Shown here piece by piece: positions 51,540 through 63,650 of a DNA stretch of 64,000 bases (position 1 is its first letter; each line of letters starts with the position of its first letter). Made by a program: the position numbers and the translations under genes. This stretch comes from Octopus bimaculoides. Its lineage: Eukaryota. The stretch is taken from NCBI RefSeq assembly GCF_001194135.2, contig NC_068990.1, positions 17,466,795-17,530,794 on the forward strand, in the 5' to 3' direction. Under the pieces are notes generated by a model that worked only from the letters and a program-made list of their open reading frames with translations, was not told where the DNA came from and ran no database searches.

Positions 51540-52378
51540 AATAAAAATTGACAGGATTTGGGAGGGAGTTCAACTGAAGCGGAATATCTACCTTTTAATA
51601 AAACATTCAGCTTTTCCCTGTCCTTTTTTTTCCCCCTTTTTCTCTTTCATTTATATATTTATTTGTTCTCCTGCCCTACCTGCCAGACATTTGTTGTTGT
51701 TTTTTGTTATATTTTTCCTTTTTTATTTATTTACTTATTTATTTACTTTTTTTTTTGCAAGCTAAGCCTCATCCGCTCCCATCTATGTATGCTCTTGCAA
51801 TTATTGTGATCACATCTTACCCTTCCCTCTCTCCCCTTCCACCACACATCCTATTACTATTATCCATCCTGCCCCCACCCCACTCCTTCTCTCTCTCCAT
51901 GTCACTTCCACCCTGCTTTCCTCCTGCCATGGCTGGCCACCATTCATGGCAACAGTGCCAACACCAGCAACTCACTTGCTCACTCGCTCATTCCCTTTTC
52001 CAGTCCACTACCTCCCTCACCACCCCTCTCCTGCCACCAAACCCTCCTCTTGTGGTAGACTGATTTGTAGATTTCTATAGAGTTATGGAAAAAAAAAAAC
52101 CTTACACACACACACACACACACATTTGCATATAACTGTACATTATATAAACATATTATGTTATACACATTATTATATTGTACATACACACACTTTCATT
52201 TGCATCTATCTATATTCTTTTTATTAATATTTAGCAGAAGCAACAGAGTGAGTGACTCAAGGGCCAAGAGTTTCGTGTATTAATTTGATAAGTGCTAATG
52301 CACAAAACTCTCTGCTCCTGAGGCACTCTGTTGCTTCTGCTAAATATTAATGATGATGATGATGATGATGATTATATG

Positions 52379-52415
<37 letters not shown>

Positions 52416-52587
52416 TCATGTTTTGAGTTCTGTTTTGCATCACCAAACCTGTCTCTATCTATCTGTCTGTCTCTCTTTCTCTATATATATATGCACACAC
52501 ACACACACATCATATAGTAATTTTAAATATAGTAATATTATATATTAAATTATACACATTATATATATATAATATATATTATGTATT

Positions 52588-52628
<41 letters not shown>

Positions 52629-53126
52629 TGTTTAACGTCTACTTTCCATGCTAGCATGGGTTGGACATTATATATTTATATGTATATATATATTTTATAT
52701 ACATATATATATATATATATANNNNNNNNNNNNNNNNNNNNNNNNNNNNNNNNNNNNNNNNNNNNNNNNNNNNNNNNNNNNNNNNNNNNNNNNNNNNNNN
52801 NNNNNNNNNNNNNNNNNNNNNNNNNNNNNNNNNNNNNNNNNNNNNNNNNNNNNNNNNNNNNNNNNNTTAATAGAAACCAAGGTAGCAAAGATCACAAAAT
52901 AACTGTGGTGTAATTCCTGTTGGTGAGGCAGAAACTCCTTGATATTTTGGGTATTTGAGTATATTTGAACATTTAAGGAATGGAGAAAATGCATGTTATA
53001 GCTGCATACTTTATTCCACATATGTTTCGAAGAATTACAATTTATCCGATCCATAGGAATCGGCGATGTTAAAAATGTAAACTTCTCCTCAGGGAAATGC
53101 ATGGGAATCATCTTAAACGTAAGACA

Positions 53127-53166
<40 letters not shown>

Positions 53167-53349
53167 TAAATATATATTTGATATTATATATTGAATTATA
53201 TACACACAAACACTCATATGCACACAACGCACACACATATTGCATGGCTGTGAAGCAGGGACATTCAATACAGATGAGTGAAAGCAGGAGAGAAATAAAA
53301 CAAGCATGCTGTACTGAAAGTGTAATATTTATAAGATTAGTTTGTCTGA

Positions 53350-53670
53350 ATGACAAATTACAAATGAATTGAGAGTAAAACTGGATGTAAGAGGATTCAG
53401 ATGCCTTCAGTGCACAAAACAAAAACACTACTGATGGGGTCATGGGATGCATATGGCTAGTGAGAGTAATCTAAGTGGAATGAATCTGTGGATGAGGAAG
53501 ATCTGGGAAGGACATGAGAAGATTTGTTGAAGACTTGGTTACAGGAGGAGCTTGAATATCATGAAACAGATTGCTTTCAAAAGGAGAGCAATGAGTGGAA
53601 AGATGCTGTGATGGAGTAGACAGACCTGTCAAGCCCATGCAAAAATATGAAGACAGATGGGGAAAAGGAT
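53350..53670 (+). mobile_element. RTE LINE 3' end relic
   Basis: Reads TNELRVKLDVRG..WGHGMHM..RGRSGK, followed by a CCCATGC..GATGA-type tail. Confidence 0.65.
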
Positions 53671-53994
53671 GAGATATATATACATATGTGGATACTATGC
53701 TTGCATATATACGAAAAGCATTTATTTATCAAAATATATCCTAACATATTCTATTGTCTGTTGCCATCTGTGACAGAAGCTCAATTCCACACTTAAACTA
53801 TTTGGCAGTTTTAGAAACAAAAACTCCCTGCACTTATGTTCATCTTCATCTACATTGTTGGACCTCTGCCTGTGCAGGAAATGAGCTATGGCTCAGAAAA
53901 GGCGATAATCTGATGCTGCAAGGTCTGGACTGTAGGCAGGGTGAGGCAGCACTTCCGGCCCCTCAAGTTTGCACTTAGTCATATTGGCATTGTG

Positions 53995-54205
53995 TACTGG
54001 GGCACAAGCAGTGACTGGCACTTCTTTATACAACTGTCTTCATTCATACACATCACATGTCCAACCAATGTAGTCTCTTCTCTCTTGCATGCTGCATTCG
54101 ATTCCTCTTGTGCTCAACTTTTCTCTCAACACATTTGTGCTTTGTTGTACATGCACACTGATGTTGCACATCTAGCAGAGCATACTGCCTTTATTCCTCT
54201 CTAGT
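53995..54205 (-). mobile_element. RTE LINE C-terminal fragment
   Basis: Reads RN.GSML..MCNISVHVQQSTNVLREKLSTRGIECSMQERR, a frameshift, then LHW..HVMCMNEDSCIKKC. Confidence 0.8.
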
Positions 54206-54343
54206 CTATGCATCAGAGCCCATGTCTCACTACCATGGAGAATGGCCGTTCATACACAGGCATCATGCAATTTACTTTTCACTCTGAGAGAGAGTCCTTT
54301 TTTTGACAACAGAGATAATAGCTCTCTGAACTTTCTCCATCCA

Positions 54344-54380
<37 letters not shown>

Positions 54381-54423
54381 ATGTGTGTGTATGTATCTAT
54401 GTATGTGTGTATGTGTATGCCTC

Positions 54424-54462
<39 letters not shown>

Positions 54463-54544
54463 GTACATACACACATGCATATATATACATATTTATATAT
54501 ATACACGCACACACACATACATACATGGACACATACATGCACCA

Positions 54545-56402
54545 GTACTCTCCGGTCTCTACAAAGATGAAACTCTGCCCATCTCTAGAGAAGACAATGG
54601 GCACACACCTGATAGGCTTAGAAAGGACCTGATTAGTGCCCTAGGCTCCACGGGACTCAAAATAACTATTGAGACCACTAGCGTAGCTAGAGTGTGTTCC
54701 ACCCAGGGTGGCCCTTTTGTTTGCCACCCCCAGACCCAACAAAAAACACATATTACCTATAGCAGACCTAAAAGTGCCACCAAGATGCAGACAATCCCTA
54801 CACTCTCCTCCCCGCTACTCTAGCGACTGAGACCAACCTCGCCACCATGGACTTCTTAGATGTCACTCTAGACTTGGGCTCCAGTACACACAGATTCTAC
54901 CACAAACCAAATAAGAGGTTTACCTACATCAACACAGCCTCCTGTCACCCTGTCTATTGGGTTCAAGAACCCATGATGTCAGCAAGAGGATCTCGAACTT
55001 ATCCTCAAGTCAAGAGATTTTCAACACCACAGCCCCCTATTACAAGGCACTGGCATCCAGTTAGTTTAAGAACTGCATACCCTATATGCTGGGCCCTAGC
55101 AGCCACAAAAGAAAGTGCCACCAGAACGTTGTTTGGTTTACCCCACCCTTTTCAGGGTCAAGACCTGTGAAGGAAGAATATTGCTCAGATTAGTAGACAA
55201 ACACTTCATGCAGACACACAGGTACAGACGTTTGTTCAATAGGCACAACCTAAATATCTCCTTTATTTGCACAACTAACATGAAAAGTATATTAGCAAAC
55301 ACCTATAAAACACAAGGAGAGGCTGGTTGCTCATGCAGGGAATACAATGACTGGCCAGTAGTGAGGGGGAACCAATGCAAGGCTGAGGGAGCCATTTACA
55401 AGGCTATGGTGGTACCTACACTTAGCAACCACAGTAATAGCAGCAATGGCTCATCCAACAACATTGACAGCAATGGCAATGATTACAGCGGCAGAAACAC
55501 CAACACCAGTGCTATGGCCAGGGATGACAACCACGCCAACACCAATAGCACCAGTGGGGCTACCACTCCAATGCCCAGTATTACCAATGATGGCAACCAC
55601 ATCATCATCAGTGACAGCAGCAGCAATGCCAGCACTATGGCCAGGGATGATCACTACAACAGCTACAGTTATATTGCCAGACCCACGCTCCATAATAACA
55701 GCACTGATAACAGCTCCAATGACAGCAGTAGCAATAACATCTCCAGGGCCAGTACAGACAGAAGGTACACCGGAGATGTGAACACAACCAGCACTCAAGT
55801 CCAGAAATGTATTAGGTCAGCCAGAACTGCCTTCAAGTGGCGCCTGTACAGCCACAGGTCCTCTTTCAGGATTCTGGAAAGATGATCTGTCACACCCCTG
55901 TCAAGCCATATGTGGAGCCTTAAAGATGAAAGGACCCCATACGATATCAAGTGGAGAATCATAGAGTGGCCAGGATACTATATCAATGGGAGCAGATGCT
56001 ACAAGTTTTGCATAGCTGAGCAAGCAAGGATCCTCAGACACCCTGGAACCAGAATTATTAAATTGAGATTTAAAGCCCCTGCACCCATTTTAAATGTTAC
56101 CTGCTGCAAGAATGGGATTCCCCATTCATCAATTAGATCTGAAAAAGTCCTTACAAGCTAAAATCAACCTAAGGGTAGAGTTCTCCTGTTAGCGATTTTA
56201 GCTCAGTCTGCCAACTGAACTGATCTAAGGAAGATAACCTATCTTTACCAACCCAGAGTGTTTGTTCTTTGTTAACTAACTAACTGTCCATTACAGAATT
56301 CTACCTCCACAGCTTGAAGAGCTATATGGCTTTTGCCATTACAGTCTGATGAGTCATCCATAAAGCGCATAGCTTTATGATGCAAAACCATTGGTCACTC
56401 TA
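54545..56402 (+). mobile_element. Penelope-like retroelement (Naiad-like): C-terminal half of RT, GIY-YIG endonuclease and 3' end; decayed
   Basis: Motifs seen across frames: GLYKDE..DRLRKDL..GLKITIET; ETNLATMDFLDVTLDL..FYHKPN..YINTASCHP; LVDKHF..HRYRRLFNRHN..SFICTTNMKSIL; C..GAIYKA; FKWRLYSHRSSFR; LSSHMWSLKD..YDIKW..C..C..E..IL. Frameshifts and an in-frame TGA at 55883 are present. Confidence 0.9.
56340..56402 (+). ncRNA. Type I hammerhead ribozyme at the PLE 3' end, probably inactivated
   Basis: Stem I is TACAGT/ACTCTA (5 of 6 pairs). The core CTGATGA is at 56346-56352, followed by stem II GTCATCCATAAAGC/GCTTTATGATGC. AAAA replaces GAAA (56384). Stem III is ACC-ATT-GGT and the GUC cleavage triplet ends at 56396. 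Confidence 0.75.
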
Positions 56403-56469
56403 TGACCAGACATATACTTAACTGCATGTGTGTATATATATCTATGTATATATGTATGTATCTATATAA

Positions 56470-57210
56470 ATCTCTCTTGATACACCAGAAATAATAAATT
56501 ACAGGATTCAATACAAAAGCTTTTCTTAATCCATGTGTCGTTATCGAAAATAGGAGCGATTTCCTTGAGTTCATATTCACATCAATGTCTGACTCGTTAA
56601 CATCATTGATTGTTTTTGAAAAATCTTGGGCCTTCATTCACAGAATTTTGGATATAGAGGGATAAAAGTCAAACTGTGAAAAGCTACAGTTTCCCTTCTC
56701 TTTTGTCCCCTTAAACCATTCCAGCACTTCTAAAGTGTTACACCATAACCTTAATGATAAAACTGCTTTTACTCTGAAAAAGATTTTTTCTAAGGTTGCT
56801 TTATTAACTACACCTAACTCTAGCTTTGCTGTTTTAATCAATCTACACTCAGAGTTATTCTTGAAATTTACTTTATGATTCTTCAGCATTATAAAAGAGG
56901 ACTGGGGTTCAGGCATTCTACTTTATCATCTATTTTTAGTTTTTCAGTTAACTCTTCTTTTTCAAGATTAATGGACCTCTAAACCTCATTTCTAGATTTC
57001 TTATAAATATTTGTTATATTATTAGATAGAAGCCTTTTATATTTGCTAAAACCTACACTACACACATTCCTTGTTTTATCAGAGAAAACATGTAGCTTAT
57101 CTGATTTGTATAGATATATTAAATGTTCATTTAATTTATTTTGGAAGCTGTTTTGCACCTGACAGAACTTGATTCCTTTTAGAATGTTTAAAAGATCCAC
57201 TTCAAATTTT
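56470..57210 (-). mobile_element. Second Penelope-like element fragment: N-terminal half of RT
   Basis: Motifs: FEVDLLNILK..FQNKL..SDKTRN..YKRLLSNNITNIYKK; SFIMLKNHKVNF..CRLI..K.ELG..W.NT.EV.EWF..FDFYPSIS; RKSLLF..TWIKK. It is frameshifted and AT-rich. Confidence 0.88.
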
Positions 57211-58058
57211 TCATGTTCTTTGTTATGTAGTGAGTTTTAACAATGCCATATGATGCCTCTGAAGAGCACTTGTTGGGTTGAAGTGATGTTTGCATGCGAC
57301 TAGAGAGGAGGAATTTAGAGTGGATAGGTTGTATGCATGTGTTTGTGGCTTTATGTATAAAGCATAAGGCCAAGGAGTTAAGAAACTTATTTTGCAATTA
57401 AGAGGCAAGGGCTCAATTCCAATGGGAAGCATCTTGAGCAAGTGTCAATTAATATAGCCCTGGGTCAATTAAAATCTTGTGAGTGAAATTGAGAAAACAG
57501 AAACTGTATGGAAGTTTACTGTATGAACTGAACCTATAATTCAAAAACATGGCTTCGTTACATACTTCATTATGCTCATCAGTGTACTTGTGTGGAACAC
57601 TTGACCACTTATATTCTAATGCAATGAATAGATGGTATTGTCACAGAAATTGAAATAGAATCCAGCTACTTATTTACAGTTTTTTTTTTTATGTACGCAG
57701 CATTACAGTGTTCAGTATGTTGTTTCTTGGTTTTAAGGCGGGGGAGCTTGTAGAATTGCTAACATTCCAGGCAAAATACTTAGCAGCATTTCATCCATCC
57801 CTATGTTTTGAGTTCAAATTTTGCTGAGGTCCACCTTGCTTTTCATCCTTTCAGAATTGATGCAATTGACTTACCACATCCCCTAAAATTGCTGACCTTG
57901 TGCCAAAATTTGAAACTAATATGTTGTTTGTGAGGATATTCCACTTCAAGTACATTTAATCTTAGGAAGTACATCATTTAAATCCATGGTATGATTTCAT
58001 GACATAAATGAAGTGGATAATGATAAACTGAATTAATAATGCAAATCATGAGTGCGTG

Positions 58059-58167
<109 letters not shown>

Positions 58168-58990
58168 AAAATGTATATATGTTTGCGTGTGTATATATCA
58201 TCCTCATCATCATTTAACATCTGTTTTCCATGTTGTCATAGATTAGACAGTCTGACAGGAGCTGGCCAGCTAGAAAGCTGCACTGGGCTCCAATTGTCTG
58301 TTTTGGCATGGTTTCTATGGCTGGATACCCTTCCTAAAACAAACCATTTTACAGAGTGGACTGGGTGCTTTTTATAATGGCACCAGCACAGGTACTTTAT
58401 GTGATATGGGCACAGCTGCTTTATATGTGGCACTGGCATGAGTATTTTATGTGTAGCTCTGGTACGGTAGCTTTCTCTGTAGCACTAGCACGGGTGTTTT
58501 TCACATGGCACCTACATGGGTGTGTTTCATGTGGCACCAGCATGTAATGTTTTTTATTTTCCATATTTTTCCATGATAAATATGACCTAACTGAATATAT
58601 TTTTGAAGCATTATATATNNNNNNNNNNNNNNNNNNNNNNNNNNNNNNNNNNNNNNNNNNNNNNNNNNNNNNNNNNNNNNNNNNNNNNNNNNNNNNNNNN
58701 NNNNNNNNNNNNNNNNNNNNNNNNNNNNNNNNNNNNNNNNNNNNNNNNNNNNNNNCATCATCATCGTTGTTTAACGTCCGCTTTCCATGCAAGCATGGGT
58801 TGGACGGTTTGACTGAGGACTGGTGGACCAGGAGGCGACACCAGGCTCCAATCTGATTTGGCAGAGTTTCTACAGCTGGATGCCCTTCCTAACCTATTTC
58901 AAGACTATGGAAACATTTAAAAACATTTCATTTAATTTTTTCTTCAATTTAATTGTTTTTCTTCTTAATTATATAGATATATACATATAT

Positions 58991-59041
<51 letters not shown>

Positions 59042-60311
59042 CACCCACACATACATGGATGTGTGTATGTATAATCAGCTAAGGACCTATGAGTTGGGAA
59101 AAAAACAGGCACTCGTATATGATATTTGTTAATAAAGTCGGTAATATTTATGCTGTACAGTTATTATATTCTCATTTCTGTTGTCTAACCAATTAATTTT
59201 ATACAATGAGGATTGGGGGAAAAAACCAATCTCACCACTGAGAAGAAGGATTGATAGGAAAAATAAGGCCATACTTGTCCCAGAAGCTCTTCTGATAAGT
59301 ACTGGGTCTGGTTTTTCCAAACTCTACCCTTTACCTATTTATGAAACCAATTGTTAAAACTGCCTGAAATGGGTAAGAAAATCATATTACATACAATTTC
59401 TGAGAAAAATAGATGAGTAATGACTGAAGCATTGTTCATAACACAGAATAATGCTAAACAAAATACACACAACAAAGAACACACACACGCACACACACAA
59501 ACACACACACATGTATCTTAGTGATACAGAGGCATAAAACTCAAGTTTTGAGAAAAACTCTCAGTTTCAGTTTTAAGAAGAGAACCATATCCTGTACATG
59601 CATTTACCACTTACTTATTTGTCTGACATTAAGCAACACACATATATATGTATATATACAAAAAGGTAAAGAGCCCCTCCAGTCATGAATGACCATGAGA
59701 CTGCACCCAGAAAGTTCTCCTCCGAGACGCAGGTCCAGGCAAGGTTGTTTATGGAAGACCAGCAATCACCCATGCATGCCAGTTTCCCCTCTCCATGCCT
59801 CCGATGTTATCCAAGGGAAAGGCTAAGGCCGATACAGCTTGACACCAGTGACGTCGCAACTCATTTCTACAGCTGAGTGAACTGGAGCAATGTGAAATAA
59901 AGTGTCTTGCTCAAGAACACAACACACAGCCTGGTCCAAGAATTGAACTCACAATCACACAATTGTAAGCCCAATGCTCTAACCACTGAGCTATGCACCT
60001 TCACACACACACACACACACACACATGTTTTCAATTTTATTAATTAGGTATGCTTGTGGTTAAGAAATTTGCCTACATGCACATAATTTAGATTTGATCC
60101 ATTTTCCTGTAGGATATAACAAAATATCTGCCAAAATCTTATGAATGACATTTGGAAAAAGAAAGCTGTGTACAGACCTACTATGTCTCTCTCATATGTG
60201 TGTGTGTGAGTGTGTATATGTACATGTGTGTGTGTGCTTTGGAGTGTGTGTGTATGCACGTGTGTGTGTGTTTGTGTGTGTTTATGTACGTCTGTGTATG
60301 TGTGTGTGTAT

Positions 60312-60353
<42 letters not shown>

Positions 60354-61122
60354 ATATATATTAATAGATAAAGAATTGCAAAACCAGTGTGTCAAACAAA
60401 AATACCTTCTAATATTTCATTCGAACCAACTGGGTTCACCTATGAGATCAATAACCATGAGATCAATAACATAAGTACCAAAGTACTAGAATTGATATAA
60501 TCGATTACTGAAATCTTTGATGATGCAACCCTGGCATTGGCCACTGTCCAACAGAAAGCAGTAATAAGAATAAAAGATGATATGTTGTGAGAGGAATATT
60601 CTAGTTTAATCATCAAATAATAAAATAGACATTTGCACTCAAACAATTTTTTACAAGAAATAAAATAAATTACTTTTTAAGAAATGTCAGGGTAAAAAAA
60701 TAATAAAATAAAATATATTTTACTCATATATAATTTTGAAGTTTTGAAATATATTTCATATTCTGGCTGTAATAACTAGGAATTTGATAGTGTTTTTACT
60801 GAATAATCTAGCTGGAATATATGTCAGTAAGAACGAATTTGGTCAATCGCTTTTATGCTTGAAGAAATCTCCATGTAAATTGGTTGTCACTTGTTGAAAA
60901 ATTACTAAATAGTTGTAAATAAGTAGAAGTAAGTTTGTGTGGCTAAAAAGTGCATTTTCCAACTACATGATTTCAGGTTCAGTCCCACTGGATTTCTCTA
61001 CACACACATCTGTCTGTCTCTCTGGCTGTCTATCTATCTATCTGTTTGTCTGTCTGTCTCTCTCTGTCTCTCTCTCTCTCTCTCTATCTATCTACATACC
61101 TTTATCTCTATTTCTATATCTG

Positions 61123-61161
<39 letters not shown>

Positions 61162-61171
61162 NNNNNNNNNN

Positions 61172-61223
<52 letters not shown>

Positions 61224-61494
61224 CGTCTCCCTTTGTCTTGACGCTGCATGACAGTTCTAAAGGAGCATCCCTATCACACAAGTAGTCTCATTCATTTCCA
61301 GCATTCTGCAAGAACATGTCTGGCCATTGGGTAATATCACTTCAAGTGTTTGCTACAAGAAGAGTATCCAGCCATAGAAAATCTGCCTCAATAAACCCAG
61401 TCTGATCCATGAGAACATGGAAAAATGACCATTAAGACAATGATGAAGATAATTACATATAATATATGTGTGTGTGTGTGTGTGTGTGTATGCA

Positions 61495-61726
61495 CAGGTA
61501 GTACTGACACTGGCTTTGACCATTTCAAGTTCGACCACCCTTTGAGAGTACAGTTCAATATTTAAGAGATGCGGAATTATGTACATTATTTACATTTGAT
61601 GGATATTTGTCCTCATCTTGTTTGTTGTTAACACAACGTTTCAGCTGATATACCCTTCAGCCTTCATCAGGTGTCTTGGGGAAATTTCAAACCTGGGTTC
61701 TCATTCCTAAGGTATTTTTCAATGTA

Positions 61727-61760
<34 letters not shown>

Positions 61761-61810
61761 TCACTGCCTGGAATCGAACTTGTAATCTTGGGCATCTTAA
61801 TCTTAACCCC
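61495..61810 (-). mobile_element. Short element with a tRNA-like B-box head, (AAT)n spacer and internal hammerhead
   Basis: The minus strand reads ..AAGTTCGATTCCAGGCAGTGACCTG (B box at about 61765-61776), then (AAT)n, then the hammerhead at 61675-61630. The head is cut by the gap starting at 61814. Confidence 0.65.
61630..61675 (-). ncRNA. Minimal type I hammerhead ribozyme with intact core
   Basis: GACAC-CTGATGA-A-GGCTG-AAGGGTATAT-CAGCT-GAAA-CGT-T-GTGTT. Stem I has 5 bp, stem II 5 bp, and stem III is the loopless palindromic ACGT; the cleavage triplet is GUU. Confidence 0.8.
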
Positions 61811-62361
61811 TATNNNNNNNNNNNNNNNNNNNNNNNNNNNNNNNNNNNNNNNNNNNNNNNNNNNNNNNNNNNNNNNNNNNNNNNNNNNNNNNNNNNNNNN
61901 NNNNNNNNNNNNNNNNNNNNNNNNNNNNNNNNNNNNNNNNNNNNNNNNNNNNNNNNNNNNNNNNNNNNNNNNNNNNNNNNNNNNNNNNNNNNNNNNNNNN
62001 NNNNNNNNNNNNNNNNNNNNNNNNNNNNNNNNNNNNNNNNNNNNNNNNNNNNNNNNNNNNNNNNNNNNNNNNNNNNNNNNNNNNNNNNNNNNNNNNNNNN
62101 NNNNNNNNNNNNNNNNNNNNNNNNNNNNNNNNNNNNNNNNNNNNNNNNNNNNNNNNNNNNNNNNNNNNNNNNNNNNNNNNNNNNNNNNNNNNNNNNNNNN
62201 NNNNNNNNNNNNNNNNNNNNNNNNNNNNNNNNNNNNNNNNNNNNNNNNNNNNNNNNNNNNNNNNNNNNNNNNNNNNNNNNNNNNNNNNNNNNNNNNNNNN
62301 NNNNNNNNNNNNNNNNNNNNNNNNNNNNNNNNNNNNNNNNNNNNNNNNNNNNNNNNNNNNN

Positions 62362-62398
<37 letters not shown>

Positions 62399-63089
62399 TA
62401 AGTATATGTGTGTCTGAGATTTGACTCAATAAATGTGTGTGTATGTATGTGTGTGCTTGCATGCATACTTGATGTCAGACAGAAATGTGTGTATGCGCAC
62501 GCGCGCGCATGTGTGTGTGTGTGTGCGTGTGTGTGTTTGTTTGTGTGTGTGTATGCATGTGAGAATTGATTTTATGGTTTCTATGTTCTGCATATATATT
62601 CTGCAATATTTGTGGTAAATACTAACCATCAGCTTTTAGACATTATACTTCAACTTATTGATTCAAAAGAATGCTTCCAAGTGTCTCTTCCAATGCTCAC
62701 AGTTAATGGAATTCAAATATTCATTTCTACTAATAAATAGATAAAGAAAGAAAGAATGAAAGAAGGAAATTGGAAAAAATAAATAAAATGTAAACTTTAG
62801 CCGTTTTATGGAATTAATTTTATTGTATTATGTTGTATATTCAATAGCTTACCAAAATTCTACATTGGCATAACTAGTGAATTCTTTCCATAGAATTGTG
62901 TGTGTGTGAGTGTGTGTGTGTGTACATGTGTGTATACATGCATGTATGTGTATATATATGCATGTGTATATATGCATGTGTGTGTATATATGTGTATATA
63001 TATATATATGTGTGTATGTTTATATGTGTGTATATATGTGTGTGTATATATATGTGTATGTGTATAGATATGTGTTTGTATATGTGTGT

Positions 63090-63147
<58 letters not shown>

Positions 63148-63153
63148 ATGTGT

Positions 63154-63213
<60 letters not shown>

Positions 63214-63419
63214 TATTTATTTTATAAGCGTTTGATTCAGTTTCATGCAACATAAAATCTCACCAAGCTTGTAGCAAGCAGTTTGTTTGACAACCCTGTG
63301 ATTGGTTGTTGTATGGAACCCAAATCAATCTGTCATTAAATAAATTAAATATGTAACTTCTACCAAATGTATCGAGTGCCACTTTCTTTCATTTGTCCAC
63401 TCACTTGTGTAAGTATATA

Positions 63420-63650
63420 TACAGGATGTTCAGGTTAAATTTGACAGTTTGCATAAAAAGAAAACAAAACACATGATCCCATCCAAAAATAAAGTATTTG
63501 AAAAAAATCACAAATTTCAACTAGATTGGCCTTTCCTCATAACACAGAACTTGTATCAAATGTCACAATGTGCCACACTTCTGATTGTCCACTCTGACAC
63601 CCAAAGTTCTTTAGCAGTGGATCTCATTGATCTTCTGGGGTTTTCATCTT
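63420..63650 (-). mobile_element. Internally deleted maT/DD37D-like mariner element
   Basis: The minus strand 63648-63523 encodes DENPRRSMRSTAKELWVSEWTIRSV..DI*YK..MRKGQ, the maT HTH. A TA|CAGGATGTTC TIR-like end lies at 63420. Confidence 0.65.

Noticed and set aside
55883-55885. In-frame TGA in the PLE as possible selenocysteine (reported for some Naiad PLEs)
   Set aside because: It is not at a conserved Cys position, no SECIS was identified, and the copy is frameshifted. Ordinary decay is more likely.
62896-63255. Many ORFs rich in YI/CV/HT/SL repeats (here and across the window)
   Set aside because: They are translations of dinucleotide and tetranucleotide microsatellites, not genes.
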